Shown here: positions 59,503 through 64,000 of the stretch, one piece after another
Layout of the letters: every line of letters starts with the position of its first letter
Position numbering within the stretch: position 1 is the first letter of the stretch
From: an uncultured Candidatus Saccharibacteria bacterium
GTDB lineage: Bacteria > Patescibacteriota > Minisyncoccia > Phycocordibacterales > UBA9973
Direction: 5' to 3'
Assembly (NCBI GenBank): GCA_964565825.1
Contig: CAZMGK010000001.1
Coordinates: 2,052-66,051, forward strand
Length of the DNA: 64,000 nucleotides
Program-made: the position numbers and the translations under genes
The notes under the pieces: generated by a model
What the model saw: only the letters and a program-made list of their open reading frames with translations
What the model was told of the DNA's origin: nothing
The model's database searches: none

Positions 59503-60603
59503 TTATGACTTTAGTCCAACATGGAAATTTACTGATTCTGAATTTCCATGAACTGGAACTTCAACAGAAGAAGTGACGGTTAATTCTCCAAGTTTAGTAC
59601 CAACAAAGTGAGCAGCCAAACGAACATGTTGGTCTTTACCTTCAAGTAAAAACTTTTTTTGATTTACATATTTTTGGTAAATTACATTTTCATCGGGCGC
59701 GTTACCGTTAAAGAATACCCCTTTTGCTCCAGACGACAATACTTTTTTGACAACAAACCTTTCAGACGTGGGTTTTATTATATATGTCGGCGGAATATAC
59801 ATTTGAAGCAAGCATATATCCTCATCACTTAAAAAAGCGCGGAGGACTTTTAGCATCATAGGCTCGTACAAAAACGACAGTACGGCTTTATTTCCCATCC
59901 AATGTTTTGGTGGAATCAAAAACCGCTTAGGAGTACTCATAAAAGTATCAACCAGCATTTGATTTAACTCGCGACCATCAACGGAAGGGCAGTCCATAAA
60001 ACAACATGAGGTATTTTCTACGCGTTTTATTATTTCAGATTCTTCTGTTTCAGTGAGGACTGAAACCAATTTACCAGTATACTCGCTTAACTTTTCAGCA
60101 AAATACTCCTGCTCTTTTTGAAAGAACTCGTCTTTTCTTGAAATGAGAACAACCAATTCTTGGTAGTCGTTCAGTTGTTCAGCAAATAACGTGAGAATTT
60201 TCTGACTTTCACCATGACCATTTTCATTCCTGCATAAAAGAGCAAATCCTAAACCATGTTTATTCATTGGATCTATCTCAGCAATTTTCAATTCACCAGT
60301 GTTGTCTATCATAAAGTCAACGCGGGTAATTAAAGAATTTCTTTGCGGGTGAATCGCTATGATTTTTTTATGCTCAGCATCTAACCCTCTTAAGAAGATA
60401 TCTCGAACCAAATCAAATGGTTTGACTAGCTTAAGGTGAGTATTCATGGCAGTATGTAGTATTGCTTGCATTGCACGCATTAGCCTGTTAACTGATTGTC
60501 CAATCGTACTCACTTTTTGCACATCACCTAATTCAAGTAAAAATAACTCTTCACTCAAATTAAAATGCTGATCATTCGGTACTATGAAATTTAATTTTTT
60601 CAT
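59503..60603 (-). CDS. Hypothetical protein
   Basis: 366-aa ORF; no confident domain assignment. Confidence 0.45.
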   Translation of the reverse strand: MKKLNFIVPNDQHFNLSEELFLLELGDVQKVSTIGQSVNRLMRAMQAILHTAMNTHLKLVKPFDLVRDIFLRGLDAEHKKIIAIHPQRNSLITRVDFMIDNTGELKIAEIDPMNKHGLGFALLCRNENGHGESQKILTLFAEQLNDYQELVVLISRKDEFFQKEQEYFAEKLSEYTGKLVSVLTETEESEIIKRVENTSCCFMDCPSVDGRELNQMLVDTFMSTPKRFLIPPKHWMGNKAVLSFLYEPMMLKVLRAFLSDEDICLLQMYIPPTYIIKPTSERFVVKKVLSSGAKGVFFNGNAPDENVIYQKYVNQKKFLLEGKDQHVRLAAHFVGTKLGELTVTSSVEVPVHGNSESVNFHVGLKS

Positions 60604-60937
60604 TTTGTCATTTTGCCACCTACTTTACTCAGTGGTCTTTTTTAGTTTTATTAAATTGTTAAAGAAAAAACGACTTACAATAATTTGTAAGTCGGGTGTT
60701 TGATTCAAGTTTGAGAGTTGTGTCTTAGGAAATCTGGAGAAAATTAAGGGATGAAGCGCCAGAAGCATACTCAAATGAAATACTCGGCTTACAAAGTCTC
60801 GTACTCCACCAACCTCTTGATATTTGATTGAATTGAATATACATCTGTTTCATATGTACTAGTGTACTAGTACAGTGAATATTTTACAAGTACCGTGCAT
60901 ATACATCTGTGGAAAACTATTTCTGGGTATTACTTTA
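60604..60937. promoter_or_regulatory. A 330-bp non-coding region with the hairpin CGACTTACAA-taat-TTGTAAGTCG, the palindromic direct repeat GTACTAGTGTACTAGTAC, and the direct repeat ATATACATCTGT on either side of that palindrome.
   Basis: Read directly. Located upstream of the 59503..60603 gene and downstream of the trpR-like gene. Confidence 0.4.
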
Positions 60938-61231
60938 TTAAGATTTGCTCATCCTTTTAAGAATTTGCTTAAAGCCTCCTTTTGGATCCTTGAGCTCGAG
61001 TGACCCGCGGTTAACAGTTGCTACACCAATACCGAGCTTTACCGCGATATCACGATGCTTCATCCCCTTTTCGAGCAGTTCGATTATTTGAAGACGAGTG
61101 TGGACTTCTTTGTATTCAGTTGGTGTAAATAAATCGATGATGAATTCATCAAACAATGCTCGATCTTTAATAGCGATACGCAAGGCTTTATACAAACTGT
61201 CTTTGTCATTTTGTGATACGTATTTTCTCAT
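60938..61231 (-). CDS. TrpR-family (YerC/YecD-like) small HTH DNA-binding protein
   Basis: 97 aa; HTH segment ...RDIAVKLGIGVATVNRGSLELK.... Confidence 0.7.
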   Translation of the reverse strand: MRKYVSQNDKDSLYKALRIAIKDRALFDEFIIDLFTPTEYKEVHTRLQIIELLEKGMKHRDIAVKLGIGVATVNRGSLELKDPKGGFKQILKRMSKS

Positions 61232-61234
61232 ATA

Positions 61235-62539
61235 TTATTTCAAAACCTCATCCCCTATTTCATAGGCTTCACCTGCACCCATAGTAATAATGACATCCTT
61301 ATCGGTCAGTGTTTCTTTTTTGTTTTTCAAATATGTTTTTGCTTCATCAAATGACAATGCTTGAATATTTTCTTGTTGGATGGCTTTTGCGAGAATTTCA
61401 GAACTGATTGATCCATCATCTACTTCGCGTGCTCTAAATATCGGCAAAAGGATCAGCTCATCTGCATCAGCAAAACAAGTCGTAAATTCAGTAAAGAGGG
61501 CTTTTGTTCGAGAAAATAAATGCGGTTGGAAAAAGACGTGGAGTTTGTACTCACCTTTTGGAAATTTCTCTCGAAATGCTTGGAGACTGGCTCTGACTTC
61601 AGTCGGATGATGCGCATAGTCGTCATACACAAGCGTACCAGTGGTAGTCTTCCCTTTATACTCAAACCGACGCCATGTTCCAGGAAAGGTCGCGAGTGCT
61701 GTATCAACAGCCTCTTTTTCGTAGCCGAGCAAGTGCCCGACACAGTATGCGAGGGTTGCATCAACTTGGTTATGTCTTCCAGGAATCGTCAGTACACGCT
61801 CAAAGAGATACTCTTTGTAATCCACAACAGTACAGACGACATTTTTTATAATATCCTGCACATCTGTATTTGCAGGATCACAGACAACGTATCCATCTTG
61901 CGGAACTTTTTCAACGAGAGTTTTGTATGCACTTTTTATATCATCGAGATCTTTGTAATAGTCGACATGGTCGAGGTCGATATTGGTAATAAGGACGATA
62001 TTTGGATGAAGGTTGAGAAATGCACGATGGTATTCATCGGCTTCTACGACAAAGTACTTACTCTTACCTTGAATAAAATTTGACTGTGTTCCTTGTAAGA
62101 AACTTCCGATGACGACGGTTGGATCGGCACCGAGTCCCATCAACATGTGAGCAACCATACCAGTTGTTGTTGTTTTCCCATGTGAACCAGAAACAGCAAT
62201 CGTATACATATCTTTTGAAACGAGTCCGAGCATTTCTGGATAGACAAGAGATGGGGTAGTGAGAGCTTTGATAGCTTTCAAAAATTCTGGTTCGAGGACT
62301 TCAATAGCCCGAGAGTAGACGATCAGGTCAGTGTCAGCGGGTATTGCGTCAATGCTCTGCCCAATAGTTACCACGGCGCCGAGCTCGCGCAAATGTGCGA
62401 TATTCTCACTATCTTTTGTATCCTGACCAACAACCACTTTCCCCGCTTCTATCATCATCCGCGCAATCGCCGAAATACCGATACCACCAATACCGTAAAA
62501 AAAGACTTTTTTAAGTTGTGAGACTTCTCTATTTTCCAT
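61235..62539 (-). CDS. murC: UDP-N-acetylmuramate--L-alanine ligase MurC
   Basis: N-terminal Rossmann FYGIGGIGISAIA; ATP-binding GSHGKTTTTGM. Confidence 0.9.
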   Translation of the reverse strand: MENREVSQLKKVFFYGIGGIGISAIARMMIEAGKVVVGQDTKDSENIAHLRELGAVVTIGQSIDAIPADTDLIVYSRAIEVLEPEFLKAIKALTTPSLVYPEMLGLVSKDMYTIAVSGSHGKTTTTGMVAHMLMGLGADPTVVIGSFLQGTQSNFIQGKSKYFVVEADEYHRAFLNLHPNIVLITNIDLDHVDYYKDLDDIKSAYKTLVEKVPQDGYVVCDPANTDVQDIIKNVVCTVVDYKEYLFERVLTIPGRHNQVDATLAYCVGHLLGYEKEAVDTALATFPGTWRRFEYKGKTTTGTLVYDDYAHHPTEVRASLQAFREKFPKGEYKLHVFFQPHLFSRTKALFTEFTTCFADADELILLPIFRAREVDDGSISSEILAKAIQQENIQALSFDEAKTYLKNKKETLTDKDVIITMGAGEAYEIGDEVLK

Positions 62540-62540
62540 A

Positions 62541-63903
62541 CTATTTTAATTCCTTAATAATCTTTTCAAATTGATCACCGCGGTCGTATTCATTTTTAAA
62601 CATACCAAAAGACGTAAAGCCTGGAGAAAATAAAACAATACTTCCTTTTGTTGCACGAGTGAGGGCTTGCTTAACTGCATCTTTGAGTGTCTTTGAGTTG
62701 GTATAGGTACCTTGTTGTAATACAGAAGTGAGTTCATTAGTTCCTGTACCAGGAAGCATTACTACTTCACCTGCGTATTTGGAAATAAGTTTTGGTAAGT
62801 TTCCAAGTGGAATATGTTTAGTTGTACCACCAGAAATCAGTACGATATGTTTGTCAGGGAAAGACTGTAATGCAACAGAGAGTGCAGATGGTGTTGTTGA
62901 GCACGTGTCATTATAGATAGAAATACCTTTATAATTCCGAACAAATGAAAGCCGTCCTTCAACTCCTTTGAAACTCTCAAATCCTTTTTTGATATCAACA
63001 CCCTTTAATCCATATGCACGGAGTGCTTCATACGCACACGCAGCGTTTTCTCTGTTATGTTCACCTGGAATAAGGAGATGCCAATTTTTTGGGATATTAT
63101 TCACCTCAGCTTTAACAAGAGTTCCTCTTGGTTTGAGTTTTTTTATTTTTGTATACACAGAGTCACCAGCAACACAGACGTCACCTTTTTTCTGATAGCT
63201 GACGATATGAGACTTGTCGAGGAAATATGCATCCATTGAACCTTTGTAATAATTCAAGTGATCCTCCATGAAATTTGTAAATACAGATATAGTCGGAGAA
63301 ATTTTTGCATCACCAAATCCTTGCAACTGCCAAGATGAAAGCTCGAGCACGAGCGTGTCGCCACTTTTAATAGTTTTCAAAAGTGGAAGCACTGCAGTCC
63401 CTTTGATATTACCACCGAGGAACACACGGTGTTTCTCCCTCTCCTGCCGAGGTGTGGGTTGGGGTGAGGTAGTGTATTTCTTAAGTGTGTGATAGATGAG
63501 CATCGTCGTTGTTGTCTTTCCACGTGTTCCGGTCACACCAATAACTGTGACGTCTTTCGGCGCAAGCTTCAAAAAAAGTGATTCATCCATTTCTACTGGA
63601 ATACCTTTTTTTTGTGCGTGTGCAATATACACGGAGTCGAGTGGAGTACCCTGTCCTTTTAAAACAAAGTCACAATCCTCGAAATCAGCTAGATCATGCC
63701 CACCTAGATGATAGGTGATGTTTTTATAGTTTTTAAGTTGAGCTAACGCTTCTGCCAATTCTTTTTTGGTTTTGAGATCAGTCACGAGTACCTGCGCACC
63801 ACAATCAGAAAAAAACTTGATACATTCAATACGCTTCCCTAAAAGTCCGAGCCCAAGGACGGTTATTTTCTTACCTTCAAAATAGTCTGCGTATCCTTTC
63901 ATG
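62541..63903 (-). CDS. murD: UDP-N-acetylmuramoylalanine--D-glutamate ligase MurD, with a 12-aa insertion after the P-loop. The ORF track extends it to 63995, but the likely start is MKGYADYFEGKKITVLGLG at 63903.
   Basis: KKITVLGLGLLGKR N-terminus; GVTGTRGKTTTT P-loop; insertion TTSPQPTPRQERE encoded by a repeat element. Confidence 0.85.
63437..63480. repeat. 45-nt element CCCTCTCCTG...GTTGGGGTGAGGT.GT.TATTT shared with the intergenic hairpin at 58081-58125; here it is inserted in-frame in murD.
   Basis: CCCTCTCCTG and GTTGGGGTGAGGT are identical in both places. Confidence 0.45.
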
Positions 63904-63913
63904 CACAGAGTAT

Positions 63914-63989
63914 ACCCCGACACCCATATTTTTACAATTTGTTTAAAGTAGTAGGATATTTGTAATAAAAACATATAGGTGTGGGGGTA
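63914..63989. repeat. GC-clamp hairpin element CCCCGACACC-CATATTTTTA...AATAAAAACAT-GGTGTGGGGG upstream of murD; paralogous to the rnpB P3 hairpin and to the pilin-associated palindrome.
   Basis: Shared termini CACC(C/T)ATATTTTTA and AATAAAAACAT..GGTGTGGGGG with 32895-32965. Confidence 0.5.
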
Positions 63990-64000
63990 TATCATAAAAA

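Overview
This 64-kb window is AT-rich, gene-dense bacterial chromosome, almost entirely coded on the minus strand and read with the standard genetic code. The overall gene content looks like a small-genome Patescibacteria/CPR-like or Firmicute-like organism, but I cannot confirm the taxon from sequence alone.

Positions 1..8055 (-) encode a giant secreted surface protein with NHL repeats and Ig-like domains that runs off the window start, so the ORF track does not list it. Downstream lie a contiguous rpoB-rpoC-dnaG-rpoD block, trmD, a pilin, a KH-domain protein, rpsP, secDF, uppP plus a PAP2 phosphatase, folD, an FtsW/RodA-type SEDS protein, efp, a UvrD-helicase/RecB-nuclease fusion next to ligA, a type IV pilus cluster (pilD, four pilins/pseudopilins, a PilX-like gene), an RNase II/R exoribonuclease, a YkuD-DacA-CapA tri-domain fusion, smc, rnc, a NusB-Nudix fusion, rpmF, gatCA, plsC, trpR-like, murC and murD.

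An RNase P RNA gene (rnpB, minus strand, about 32545..32990) is hidden under two spurious plus-strand ORFs. No tRNA, rRNA or CRISPR array was seen.

The non-coding DNA is unusually rich in small repeated elements:
- A 43-nt leader module (7-bp hairpin plus TAAC/GCGGG) sits directly on the ATG of three unrelated genes, and its stem shows compensatory base changes.
- A GC-clamp hairpin family (CCCCSACACC...GGTGTSGGGG) occurs in rnpB helix P3, in front of murD, and in the pilin repeats (next item).
- Two pilin genes carry tandem 108-bp (36-aa) modules that each recreate the prepilin cleavage site.
- A family of near-identical terminators shares a UUCG/GAAG loop and a TTGTATTTGTATT tail.
- Several long nested palindromes and a 45-nt element are shared between an intergenic site and an in-frame insertion in murD.
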